In this document: one piece after another, positions 31,596-40,508 of the stretch | How positions within the stretch are numbered: the first letter of the stretch is position 1 | Layout of the letters: every line of letters starts with the position of its first letter | Virus record (IMG/VR): IMGVR_UViG_3300016457_000282 | Coordinates: 1 to 64,000 of that record | DNA length: 64,000 nucleotides | Reading direction: 5' to 3' (one strand) | DNA from: a virus | Made by a program: the position numbers and the translations under genes | Notes under the pieces: model-generated | What the model was told of the DNA's origin: nothing | What the model saw: the letters and a program-made list of their open reading frames with translations, nothing else | Databases searched by the model: none

Positions 31596-31941
31596 GGCAT
31601 ATTTACAATCTGCAAAAACGTTCGAATTCAGAGTTACCATTGAAGGGGTCCACTACTCCGTACTAACAGCTTATTTAAGAGTGCAAGTCGGTAAAATTGA
31701 GCTGGGGTTTCCTGGTGAAGTCCTACGAGACAAGATCGTTGTTACCATTCCCGCATTACAGAAGTTCGTGAGTCTTGCGCTTGATAGGACTTATAAAGTA
31801 AGATTAGAAGTGATTGGCGGCGGTTTCTATTTGGTTCCTTGGGAAGATAGCATTGTGTTTAAACCTTCGATTGCAGTCAAGAACGTTGAGGTAGTAAATG
31901 AGAAGACGCCGTGTATAGTTTTGAAAAGGAGGTCAGTATGA
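31588..31941 (+). CDS. Hypothetical protein (paralog of next ORF)
   Basis: Shares F..I.GV....LR...IE.G.P...V.IP...LE...WED...KP with 31938..32378. Confidence 0.55.
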   Translation: MIEAYLQSAKTFEFRVTIEGVHYSVLTAYLRVQVGKIELGFPGEVLRDKIVVTIPALQKFVSLALDRTYKVRLEVIGGGFYLVPWEDSIVFKPSIAVKNVEVVNEKTPCIVLKRRSV

Positions 31942-32378
31942 AACTCGCTCCTAACAAACCTTACAACCTCTCCTTCGAATCCGAAATCACGGGAGTTGAT
32001 ACGTCCAACTTAAAGGGATTCCTGAGAATGTCCATCAATGGCATTGAATATGGAGTTCCTGCTACAATTCGAAAGAACTCGATCGACGTTTCTATCCCAC
32101 CTTTTGAGAGCTTTGTTAAGGTCTCTTTCGAGAAGGAATTGAAGGTACCAGTTAAGTTGGAGATAGTAAGCCCTGAATTCTGTTTGTGTGTTTGGGAGGA
32201 TACATTTGTAGTTAAACCTGTAGTTAAAGCTCGTGTCGCCCCAGTAAATATCCAGGGTTCAGGAAAGGTTGTAGTTAAAGGGTTGAAGAAAACTACTGAT
32301 ATTGACAAGCAGTTTGAAAGAGCCGGGATTACAGATCCCCGTGTTAAAGAGTTGATCAAAAAGAAGATGAAGAAGTAA
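31938..32378 (+). CDS. Hypothetical protein (paralog of previous ORF)
   Basis: GGAGG RBS; shared motif pattern. Confidence 0.55.
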   Translation: MKLAPNKPYNLSFESEITGVDTSNLKGFLRMSINGIEYGVPATIRKNSIDVSIPPFESFVKVSFEKELKVPVKLEIVSPEFCLCVWEDTFVVKPVVKARVAPVNIQGSGKVVVKGLKKTTDIDKQFERAGITDPRVKELIKKKMKK

Positions 32379-32390
32379 AAGGAGGTTAAC

Positions 32391-32762
32391 ATGATCAAAG
32401 TTGAAGTTCTTGCTAAAGATGGTGGTACTAAAGTGGTAAACCTCACTCGTACCAAAGCGGTACATGAAAGGTGCTTGAACTGTTCCGCGTGGAATGCTTA
32501 CGCAGTTTCACAGTGTACCTTTACAGACTGCCCTCTGTACCCTTTCCGAACTGGTAAAGGTGTACGAGGTAGATCCGCTGAGAGAAATAAAGCAATAGTT
32601 AGATATTGTCAATGGTGTTCAAATAGCAGAACACCTAAAGATTGCACTGCGAGATTGTGCCCTTTATATGTGTACAGAACAGGTCGTATTGATAACAATG
32701 TAGTCCTGGAGAGGGTCAAGAGTCCCCGAGAGTTTCGCTTCAGTAAGAACATGAACGACTAG
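32391..32762 (+). CDS. Cys-rich (Zn-binding) protein with duplicated CxxC...C...CPL unit
   Basis: CLNCS...C...DCPLYPFR and CQWCS...C...CPLY. Confidence 0.6.
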   Translation: MIKVEVLAKDGGTKVVNLTRTKAVHERCLNCSAWNAYAVSQCTFTDCPLYPFRTGKGVRGRSAERNKAIVRYCQWCSNSRTPKDCTARLCPLYVYRTGRIDNNVVLERVKSPREFRFSKNMND

Positions 32763-33027
32763 TATAAAATTTTCTTTTTCCACTACAACGAACTTACCCC
32801 ACACCCTCGGGTATAACTAAGTATAGGTTGAGCGTTACCTGCGATTTAAGTGCCAAAGGTATGCGCACTTCTGGGCTAAAAATCGATTTTTACAAGCAAC
32901 TGAAGATCACGTCTCCCCCTTGCTTTTACGACACGTTAACGTAATAATCACTATTGACATCCCTCTTTGCTTAGAAAGGGAGAAACCTTGCAGACTTGAA
33001 ATTAGGTAAAAACTTAGGAGGAAGCTT

Positions 33028-33213
33028 GTGAAACAAACACGAAAAGTCAAGGTATTTGATCTCTCGAGGTTGATCGACGACGAGTGGATTCACAAGGCTC
33101 CACATGAAGGAGTTCCCTTTACTACGTTGATAGGCGACGCTATTTCGCTGACTCCTATCTCAGAAGCGCGTCTGCTACGTCGTAAACTCAAGAGAAGGGA
33201 GAGGAGGAAATGA
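33028..33213 (+). CDS. Hypothetical protein
   Basis: GGAGG RBS; coupled to the next gene. Confidence 0.4.
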   Translation: MKQTRKVKVFDLSRLIDDEWIHKAPHEGVPFTTLIGDAISLTPISEARLLRRKLKRRERRK

Positions 33214-34529
33214 ACTACTTTCGCACTTCTTTTTTCCACAAGATTCGCAACAAACTTTTCAGGATCTACTTGAATGGAAGTGGAGAAGAGGGTGTCTTCA
33301 TTACAAAGGGAGGTCGGAGGATATTCCTAAAGTTAAAGTCCAAGGGAGCTCGCGTCAACGAGCAACGTGTTAAATACTGGATGGATAGAATTGACGAAGT
33401 AGGACTATACAAGCTGGTAAAGGATCGTAACTTTAAAACCTTCTTAGGGAACACAGGAAAATATGTACATCCTCTCTTCTCAGAACTATATCGTACTTGG
33501 CCAAACAAACAGGATAAGTTGTGGTATAGGAAGTTGATCGAGAACTGGCATTGGAACCGTTCTAGAGCTAGGGATACTCTACAGAAGCTAGTTTCTGGGG
33601 AACTTAAGAACCCTTTTTGGGATGAAGTATCCGCACTGAACAGGGCACTTTTGCTAAAAGAGTCTAAGGAACTACCTCGTATTACTTTGTACAGAGGTGT
33701 GTGGGTTTCAACCCCTTATTCGCCAACCTACGCGCACCATATGATCCAGTTTTTTGCAGACTTAAAAGAGATGCAACTCAACCCACAGAAGTACATTCTC
33801 AAGGACTTCCCGTTCGCATCTTTTTCAACCCTTCAAAGTCAGGCTCAGAAGTTTGGAATGGTCGATCACGCCAAAATCCCTGTCTCCCGTATTGTTGGGC
33901 ACTATAGGATTGGTTTTGGTTCAACAAGAGAGAAGGAATTTATCGTCCGTACATCGTACAGGAGAGTTCCTGAGTTAATAACACGGGCAAGTTCGAGTTT
34001 AAAGAGCGCGAAGAAGTGGCCGGACATACAGTATTCCCCACTCCCGGAGACCGCTACTAGAGTTTACAGGTTTAATAGAGAAGTGTTCTCTGAAGTACCT
34101 TTTCGGAGGAACTTCGCTTTTCGCGAAATTCGCCTAGTAACACACGCGGGTGACACTGATTACGTAGCGGGCTCCCACCGCATTCACTACGTAACACTTC
34201 AATTTAACAGCGCGTTCTATGACCGAACAAAAACGTTTTTAGAATCCATGCAAGTCTTAAACAGGGAATGGGTGTTTTACGTTAAGAATCGAGACGACGC
34301 CCTCGAACTCTACTCAACTTTCTGTGATCAACTGACTCGCGGCCGTAGCCGTGATCTTGTTTCCAACATCCCCAAAGTAATTGATCGAGTTACGAAAAAC
34401 TACGACTTAGAGTGGTATTTTGCAATTCCAACTACTCCTAAGAGTCTGCTCACGTCTCCATTTAGTACTACCAAAGACACGACGCACGCTTTTTACTTCG
34501 CCTCAAGGGATATACTCAAACCCTTCTAA
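33210..34529 (+). CDS. Putative ADP-ribosyltransferase (R-S-E clade) domain protein
   Basis: ITLYRG ... FASFST ... REKEFIV in the expected order. Confidence 0.6.
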   Translation: MNYFRTSFFHKIRNKLFRIYLNGSGEEGVFITKGGRRIFLKLKSKGARVNEQRVKYWMDRIDEVGLYKLVKDRNFKTFLGNTGKYVHPLFSELYRTWPNKQDKLWYRKLIENWHWNRSRARDTLQKLVSGELKNPFWDEVSALNRALLLKESKELPRITLYRGVWVSTPYSPTYAHHMIQFFADLKEMQLNPQKYILKDFPFASFSTLQSQAQKFGMVDHAKIPVSRIVGHYRIGFGSTREKEFIVRTSYRRVPELITRASSSLKSAKKWPDIQYSPLPETATRVYRFNREVFSEVPFRRNFAFREIRLVTHAGDTDYVAGSHRIHYVTLQFNSAFYDRTKTFLESMQVLNREWVFYVKNRDDALELYSTFCDQLTRGRSRDLVSNIPKVIDRVTKNYDLEWYFAIPTTPKSLLTSPFSTTKDTTHAFYFASRDILKPF

Positions 34530-34593
34530 AATAGTAATCCCACAAAAGGGAACTGAGTTCAATTTTACTAAGTGTTTAAATTTATTTGAGTTA

Positions 34594-35193
34594 CTATCGA
34601 CCCTGTTTACTTCCATAGGCAACGTAACTGCCTCGGGTCAACAACTGTTTCTTAGAGAGCCACTGAATTCGCTTTTCCCATCTATCGAGCTCGACCTCTT
34701 CCTTGAACCCTCCGAGGCCAAAGTTTGATACCTTTACTCCATTCCAGGAAATACTCCTTTCTATAACTAGAAGTTCCTGTACGGTGAAGTTACCTCCCTC
34801 GAAGCGGCCCAGCTCGATCCAACGTGCATCCCATCCCAGCCAAAGGACAGTAGGGAGGACACGTACGTCAAACAATCTATTCACGTACCAACGTAGTGGT
34901 TTGAAGACGGCTATGTGTAAGGTCTTTCTTAAGGTAAGTCGGTAGATTAGATCGAGAGGTATACGGTAGCTCTTACTCTCGTTATCCGAAGGCCAGACGA
35001 ACAGGACGCGTTGGAACGTATGGGAGCACCTTCTGCGAAGATCTAGCCAATTAGTTACAACAAGTTCGGAAAGGTTTAAGGGAGTGTAGTACAGAGGGAA
35101 GTCCGTCCTCCGTAAGGAGACTACGTATTCTCTCTCCTCAAGGGAGAGCCTGTACTGAGATTTGTTCTTCCAAGTTTTCTTTGGTACTCTCAT
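34594..35193 (-). CDS. Hypothetical protein
   Basis: 199-aa ORF with ATG start. Confidence 0.5.
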   Translation of the reverse strand: MRVPKKTWKNKSQYRLSLEEREYVVSLRRTDFPLYYTPLNLSELVVTNWLDLRRRCSHTFQRVLFVWPSDNESKSYRIPLDLIYRLTLRKTLHIAVFKPLRWYVNRLFDVRVLPTVLWLGWDARWIELGRFEGGNFTVQELLVIERSISWNGVKVSNFGLGGFKEEVELDRWEKRIQWLSKKQLLTRGSYVAYGSKQGR

Positions 35194-35207
35194 AAGTGGG
35201 CATCCCC

Positions 35208-35235
35208 TTGACTTAAGAGTTTAACCTACTAGAAT
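35208..35235 (+). promoter_or_regulatory. Sigma70-like promoter
   Basis: TTGACT-16 nt-TAGAAT upstream of the RBS and ATG at 35271. Confidence 0.5.
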
Positions 35236-35270
35236 AAGGTTAGCACTTGGTTAAGAAGGAGGAATTAAGA

Positions 35271-36266
35271 ATGCCGCGGAAACTCGCTCTTGCAGCGGCG
35301 CCAGCGAAAGTCAATCCCAGGATTTCAGTGAAGTGGGGTTGGAGGGAGGCTGGCGTTTCTACTATCCCCTTGTTTAGAGAGATCTTCGAGGAATTCCTTC
35401 CCCGATTTGAGGAAGTGTATAAAGAGGAAGGAGCGGTCACTCCGATATCTCAAGCACATAGAGTACTTGGGTCCAAAGCATTTCATCAGTCTAACTTCGG
35501 CGAGTATCTATCTCTCAAAGCACAGGAGAAGGATATTGGTAAACCGAAAACAGAGAAGCTCTTTGAGGAGTTTATTTCTCGAATTAAAAAGGAAAAGCCC
35601 GCCGATTACATACCTAAGACACCAATAAGAGTGTTTAAGACACCACTATCCTCTAGGTTCCGTCCTACTCGAGATAAAGGAAAAGTTCAGTTTGAGCTCA
35701 CTTCAGTGGTTGATAAGAATGGGTATATCGTTCTCGAGATTGTACTCACACCTAGAGAGAACCTCAAGAAAGGAACGGCTCTCCTTCAGAGAGCTGCAAA
35801 GGAAGACCCGGTTTCCAAAGTTTCCAAACTAACTACGTGGAAAGGCGAAAGAGGATACTGGGTGACTCTAAAAAATGGTAGAAAGATCTTCATTCCCGAA
35901 AAATATCAAAAGCAATACCATAATTGGAAGGCTGTAGAGGGGGTAGGAGCTTTTGCTGCGGTGATGGGAACGCTAGGCCTTTTCACGACTGCGGGAATAA
36001 TGAGTGTTCCTATACTCACAGCAGGTCTTACCAAAGTAGCTTCCCTAGCTGTTAAGGATCCTGCGAAAAAGGCAGCTCTCAAGTCAATTCAATCTGCCAT
36101 TAAAAAAATTGCGGAGAAGACTACGCTTAAGGTCGCTGCCATTAGCGCTATTGGGGTTGTGGGAGGATTCCTAACTCACATAATTGCCAGAGCGATACAA
36201 TGGGGGATGAGACTTTGGGCTGCTAATGCACGCGCCGCAGCGCGCATTCTCAAGAAGGAAAGATAA
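35271..36266 (+). CDS. Membrane protein with C-terminal hydrophobic helices
   Basis: YWVTLKNGRKIFIP motif followed by two Gly/Ala-rich TM segments. Confidence 0.55.
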   Translation: MPRKLALAAAPAKVNPRISVKWGWREAGVSTIPLFREIFEEFLPRFEEVYKEEGAVTPISQAHRVLGSKAFHQSNFGEYLSLKAQEKDIGKPKTEKLFEEFISRIKKEKPADYIPKTPIRVFKTPLSSRFRPTRDKGKVQFELTSVVDKNGYIVLEIVLTPRENLKKGTALLQRAAKEDPVSKVSKLTTWKGERGYWVTLKNGRKIFIPEKYQKQYHNWKAVEGVGAFAAVMGTLGLFTTAGIMSVPILTAGLTKVASLAVKDPAKKAALKSIQSAIKKIAEKTTLKVAAISAIGVVGGFLTHIIARAIQWGMRLWAANARAAARILKKER

Positions 36267-36291
36267 CTTAGAGAGCACAAACTCGCAATTG

Positions 36292-36317
36292 AAAGGGCAC
36301 CCTCACGTGCCCTTTTT
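36292..36317 (+). terminator. Rho-independent terminator
   Basis: AAAGGGCAC-cctcac-GTGCCCTTT followed by a T run. Confidence 0.7.
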
Positions 36318-36337
36318 AGTTACATTGTAGTGGGAGG

Positions 36338-38479
36338 TTGCAGATGAGAGTGTATATTGCAGGAATGGATGGTTACTTGGGTTGGACTTTAACTGTTTAC
36401 TTACTTGCTAGGGGTTACGTAGTAGGTGGCTGTGATTTGATGTTGAGAAGAGAGTGGGTTGAGGAGATGGGATCTCAATCCGTGACACCCATCGCGAGTA
36501 TGGAAGAGAGGATACGTGCTTGTGAGGAAGTGTTTGGTAGGAAACCTATTTTCTATTTCGGGGACTTAAGGAACCCCAAATTTGTGTTGAACTCCATTAA
36601 AGAGTTCAAACCAGATGCAATTGTCCACCTAGGTGAAATGCCTTCTGCACCTTACTCAATGATCGATGTACATCACACTACTTTCACCCAAGTCAACAAC
36701 CTAGTGGGGACCTTAAACCTTTTGTACGCCATCAAAGCTGTGAGTAAGGATATCCACTTAGTTAAATTAGGATGTTATGACGACAAAACAGAGGTGCTAA
36801 CAAGTAAAGGATGGAAGTTGTTCAAGGACCTAGATTACTCTGACAAAGTATGCTGTCTCAACGGAGAAACAGGAGAAGTATCGTTCAACTGTCCAAACCA
36901 TATAGTTGAGTATCCGTATGCGGGAGAGATGCTGAGAATTGTGAACGACGATGTCGATTTCGTGATTACTCCCAATCATAGAGTGGTCTTTAGAGAATCT
37001 CCTTCGGGAGTTGTGCAGATAAAGAGGGCTGATCACGTGGCAAAGAAATCTAGCTTCATAATTCCACAGATAGATAGCCAAACTAAAGTAACTCCTTCTG
37101 ATATGGAATGGGTTCCTTATGCAGGAAAGGTGTACTGTTGCACCGTTCCTACAGGAATCATATATGTACGCCGGAACGGAAAAGCGGCTTGGTCAGGAAA
37201 CACAATGGGAGAGTATGGCGTCACAAACCTCGACATTCCTGAGGGATTCTTTGAAGTTGAATATAGAGGGCGTAAAGATACTCTTCCTTTTCCTTGTCAA
37301 CCTCCTAGTTTTTATCATTGTACGAAGGTACACGATTCTGTCAACATTAGATTTGCTTGCGACGTTTGGGGGCTTAGATCTACTGATATCATGCAAGGAG
37401 TGGTTTATGGGATTCAGATCCCCGAAATGAAAGGAGATGAGAGATTAATTACTCGCTATGATGTAGATGAATGTTTTCCTCCTAACACCAGAATTACATG
37501 CTTAGAGGGCGTAAAACCTATAAAAGACGTTCAGGTAGGAGACAAAGTCTTAACTCATAAGGGTCGGTTTCGAAAGGTGCTTAAGAAGTTTGAACGAGAA
37601 TACGTTGGGGAAGTGATAGAGATAGAACTTGAGCGCGCTTTTGGAAAAATTGTTTGTACGCCAGGTCATCCCATCTTAGTAACGACGCTCTCTTCAGCGC
37701 ACGGTAAAGAGACGACACGGTGGATGACAGCGCGAGAACTAAAAGAATGGCTCCAAGTTCAAACTAATCCGTTCCTTGAGAAGTATGAGAGGTTTAACAG
37801 GTTAGTCGCAAACGGGACTTCGATCATAAGCGTAATGGATTTGAGCTGTCCTATCTATTTACATTCAGGAGGGTTTGACAACCTGGTGCGAGTAAAATCA
37901 GTTTCAAGTAAGATGTACAAAGGGAAGGTATACAACCTCCATGTTGAAGAAGATCACACGTACGTCGCAAACAACGTCCAGGTGCATAACTGCTTCGGCA
38001 CTCTCGTAAATCGTACTTGCGCTCAGGCTATTGTAGGAATTCCACTAACGGTTTATGGAAAAGGGAAGCAGAAGAGAGGGTTCCTTCCCATTCAAGACTC
38101 CATGCAATGCTTCCGTATTGCTATTGAGAACCCTCCCAAGGAAGGAGAATATAGAGTGTTTAACCAATTCGAGGATGTATACGAAATCATCTGGCTGGCT
38201 CGGTTGGTAAAGAGGGAGGCAGAAAAGCTGGGGTTCACTGTCAAACTCGCTCACTATGAAAATCCACGAGTTGAAGCGGAAGATCACTACTACAACCCTG
38301 ATAGGAACAACTTACCTAGACTTGGCTACAAACCTACAGCAAACCCCGCTGTAGTGATCAAAAACATCTTAACCAACCTAATCAAATACAAACACAGAAT
38401 AATACGTGAAAAGATAATCCCGGAAATTCGTTGGAGTGGTGATAAGAACAAGTGTAGGATTATTACAGTTGAGGAGTAG
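36338..38479 (+). CDS. sqdB: UDP-sulfoquinovose synthase-like SDR (SqdB/Agl3) with two inteins
   Basis: GMDGYLGW, HLGEMPSAPYSMID, NLVGTLNLL.AI, HLVKLG|TMGEYG, YHCTKVHDS, GVVYG, ENPRVEAEDHYY. Confidence 0.88.
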   Translation: MQMRVYIAGMDGYLGWTLTVYLLARGYVVGGCDLMLRREWVEEMGSQSVTPIASMEERIRACEEVFGRKPIFYFGDLRNPKFVLNSIKEFKPDAIVHLGEMPSAPYSMIDVHHTTFTQVNNLVGTLNLLYAIKAVSKDIHLVKLGCYDDKTEVLTSKGWKLFKDLDYSDKVCCLNGETGEVSFNCPNHIVEYPYAGEMLRIVNDDVDFVITPNHRVVFRESPSGVVQIKRADHVAKKSSFIIPQIDSQTKVTPSDMEWVPYAGKVYCCTVPTGIIYVRRNGKAAWSGNTMGEYGVTNLDIPEGFFEVEYRGRKDTLPFPCQPPSFYHCTKVHDSVNIRFACDVWGLRSTDIMQGVVYGIQIPEMKGDERLITRYDVDECFPPNTRITCLEGVKPIKDVQVGDKVLTHKGRFRKVLKKFEREYVGEVIEIELERAFGKIVCTPGHPILVTTLSSAHGKETTRWMTARELKEWLQVQTNPFLEKYERFNRLVANGTSIISVMDLSCPIYLHSGGFDNLVRVKSVSSKMYKGKVYNLHVEEDHTYVANNVQVHNCFGTLVNRTCAQAIVGIPLTVYGKGKQKRGFLPIQDSMQCFRIAIENPPKEGEYRVFNQFEDVYEIIWLARLVKREAEKLGFTVKLAHYENPRVEAEDHYYNPDRNNLPRLGYKPTANPAVVIKNILTNLIKYKHRIIREKIIPEIRWSGDKNKCRIITVEE
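36773..37201 (+). mobile_element. Mini-intein 1 (143 aa) in sqdB
   Basis: Starts CYDDKTEVLT, TPNH block B, ends SGN before extein Thr; interrupts conserved KLG|TMGEYG. Confidence 0.88.
37472..37990 (+). mobile_element. Mini-intein 2 (173 aa) in sqdB
   Basis: Starts CFPPNT, TPGHP block B, ends VYNLHVEEDHTYVANNVQVHN before extein Cys. Confidence 0.9.
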
Positions 38480-38771
38480 GAGTTCCCTTGCCTCTCTTAG
38501 CAGATTAATGGATATACATAGTCAACGACTGATTAGAGAGGAGAGTAAAATCGTGGAGATTCCCAAAGTTAACGCAATCAAGGATCTTCCCTTATATCCC
38601 CTAGCAAACGCGCTCTCTCCAACATGTTATCAGTGTAAACACTACCTCAAGAACGACAAATGCAAAGCCTTCCCTAAAGGAATACCTCGAAAGCTCCTGT
38701 TAAGTCCGTACTGGCATATCGCCCTTCTTCCACAACAGCAAGGTGACTACATTTTCGAGCCGAGGGTATAA
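38436..38771 (+). CDS. Small Cys-rich phage protein
   Basis: C..CKH....CKAFP.GIP motif; true start probably further downstream. Confidence 0.55.
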   Translation: MVIRTSVGLLQLRSRSSLASLSRLMDIHSQRLIREESKIVEIPKVNAIKDLPLYPLANALSPTCYQCKHYLKNDKCKAFPKGIPRKLLLSPYWHIALLPQQQGDYIFEPRV

Positions 38772-39623
38772 ATGAGGCTCAGGATCCTCAAGTGGATAAC
38801 GTATAAGGGCAGGAGGATTCCAATCACGGAGAGAATCCTAAGAGGAGCCCGCTTTCTCTCGAAAAAAGAAGCTATACCAATAGCTGAAGAGCTTGATCGA
38901 AGGTATTGGAGAAGGTACGGCGACATCGAACCTCATTTCACGAAGTACGACCTGAAGAGCTTGGGGATTTCAGTTCGAGCCGTAGACGAAAAGTTCCCGG
39001 GAATCCTACACGGCACCAAGATAATCCCAATCAAGACAAGTAGAGGAACGTCAGTACTGAGTTTTGTCGTTAATGATACTCTGGGGCGAAGAGATTTACA
39101 GGTACTTACCATCATCAGTAAGGAATTACGTAGTGCAACCTCACGCACTGAACTTCGAAAGATCGCCGCGAAATACGGTTTGGGTACCTCCAACCCAAAC
39201 TTGACGTACGACACCCTGACTCATCTTAAAAACTACTATCTTACTCAAATAGAGAAGCTGAAACCCTTGGTAATACTTCCTCTCAGGGGAGGAAGACCTC
39301 AAAAGAGCGCTATTACTCCGGACGATATAATCATTTGCTTTCAACCTTCCGTTTTGAATAAACGAGATCCACTAACACAAAGACACGCGTGGATTCACGA
39401 GTTCGGGCACGTCCTAACTGCTAAGCTTCAACCTTCTCAGTGGAAACGTTGGGTTGATGTTTACTATCCCAACCAGCTAAAGTTACGTTCGGAGTACGGA
39501 AGAACTAGCCCCACTGAAGGGTTTGCAGAGGAATTTTGGTTGTTCATTTCAAGAGGAAATAACTCGACAAAAGAACTTAACGAGTATTTTAGAAGCCTTC
39601 ACAAAGAGTGGAACTTACTTTAG
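38772..39623 (+). CDS. Zincin metallopeptidase-domain protein
   Basis: HEFGH plus SEYGRTSPTEGFAEEF. Confidence 0.7.
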   Translation: MRLRILKWITYKGRRIPITERILRGARFLSKKEAIPIAEELDRRYWRRYGDIEPHFTKYDLKSLGISVRAVDEKFPGILHGTKIIPIKTSRGTSVLSFVVNDTLGRRDLQVLTIISKELRSATSRTELRKIAAKYGLGTSNPNLTYDTLTHLKNYYLTQIEKLKPLVILPLRGGRPQKSAITPDDIIICFQPSVLNKRDPLTQRHAWIHEFGHVLTAKLQPSQWKRWVDVYYPNQLKLRSEYGRTSPTEGFAEEFWLFISRGNNSTKELNEYFRSLHKEWNLL

Positions 39624-39648
39624 AATGACGCTAGTTAACAAGTAAGTA

Positions 39649-40500
39649 ATGACTTATGAAAGGATCATAACGTGGATTACCTACAAAGGAAAAAGGATCC
39701 CCATCCGAGAGAGCCTTTTTAAGGGAATTAAGTTTGTTCGTAGAGCAGACACGGAATCTCTACTTAAGAGACTTTCACACTCCTCACCTCATACCTTCAA
39801 AGGGTTAGTTCCATATAAGGGGAAAATCGACTGGAAATGGCTCGCCGCCGCGTGCAAGGACACCGACAAAAAATTCCCGGGACTACTCGAGAACGTAGAG
39901 GTCCACTTCTTTTCTGATACAGAGAAAAGGAAACTAAAGGGGTTTGCTCTTAGTACAGATGTCGGAAAGCGCAAGATAGCCTATTACCGTCAGATAATCT
40001 CTGAGCTAGAGAAATCCAAAACTTCCCAAGAGAAGTTCATCGCAACAGCAAAGAAATTCCATTTAATTCCCTATGGTGTGAAGGAATTAGACGAAAACTT
40101 TGTAAACTTCCTTCAAGAATTGGTAGAACACGACTTAAAAAGGTCCCTTAGGTCTTACTACCAAAACAAAAAACTACTAGGTGACCGAAACTACCTCTTT
40201 ATGAACCCTGCCTTACCTACAAGGAACCCTTCTAGTTACGTAAAGACAGAAAAAGACGTGTGGATTCACGAATTCGGGCACCTTCTTATGGGAAAGATTT
40301 CCAATAAAGAATTCGAAGCTTGGAACATAATCTACGAGAGGCAACGAAACAGGATCCAATCAACCTACGGCCGCTCCAATCCCTCTGAAGGGTTTGCAGA
40401 GGAGTTCCTTCTCTACATTAAAACAGGTAAATGCTCAACCAACGCTATTACCCTCTACTTCGAAACACTTGAGAGATCTTGGAACTTCCTAAGTAAATAA
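39649..40500 (+). CDS. Zincin metallopeptidase-domain protein (paralog)
   Basis: HEFGH plus STYGRSNPSEGFAEEF; same length (283 aa) as its neighbour. Confidence 0.7.
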   Translation: MTYERIITWITYKGKRIPIRESLFKGIKFVRRADTESLLKRLSHSSPHTFKGLVPYKGKIDWKWLAAACKDTDKKFPGLLENVEVHFFSDTEKRKLKGFALSTDVGKRKIAYYRQIISELEKSKTSQEKFIATAKKFHLIPYGVKELDENFVNFLQELVEHDLKRSLRSYYQNKKLLGDRNYLFMNPALPTRNPSSYVKTEKDVWIHEFGHLLMGKISNKEFEAWNIIYERQRNRIQSTYGRSNPSEGFAEEFLLYIKTGKCSTNAITLYFETLERSWNFLSK

Positions 40501-40508
40501 CCTTCTCT

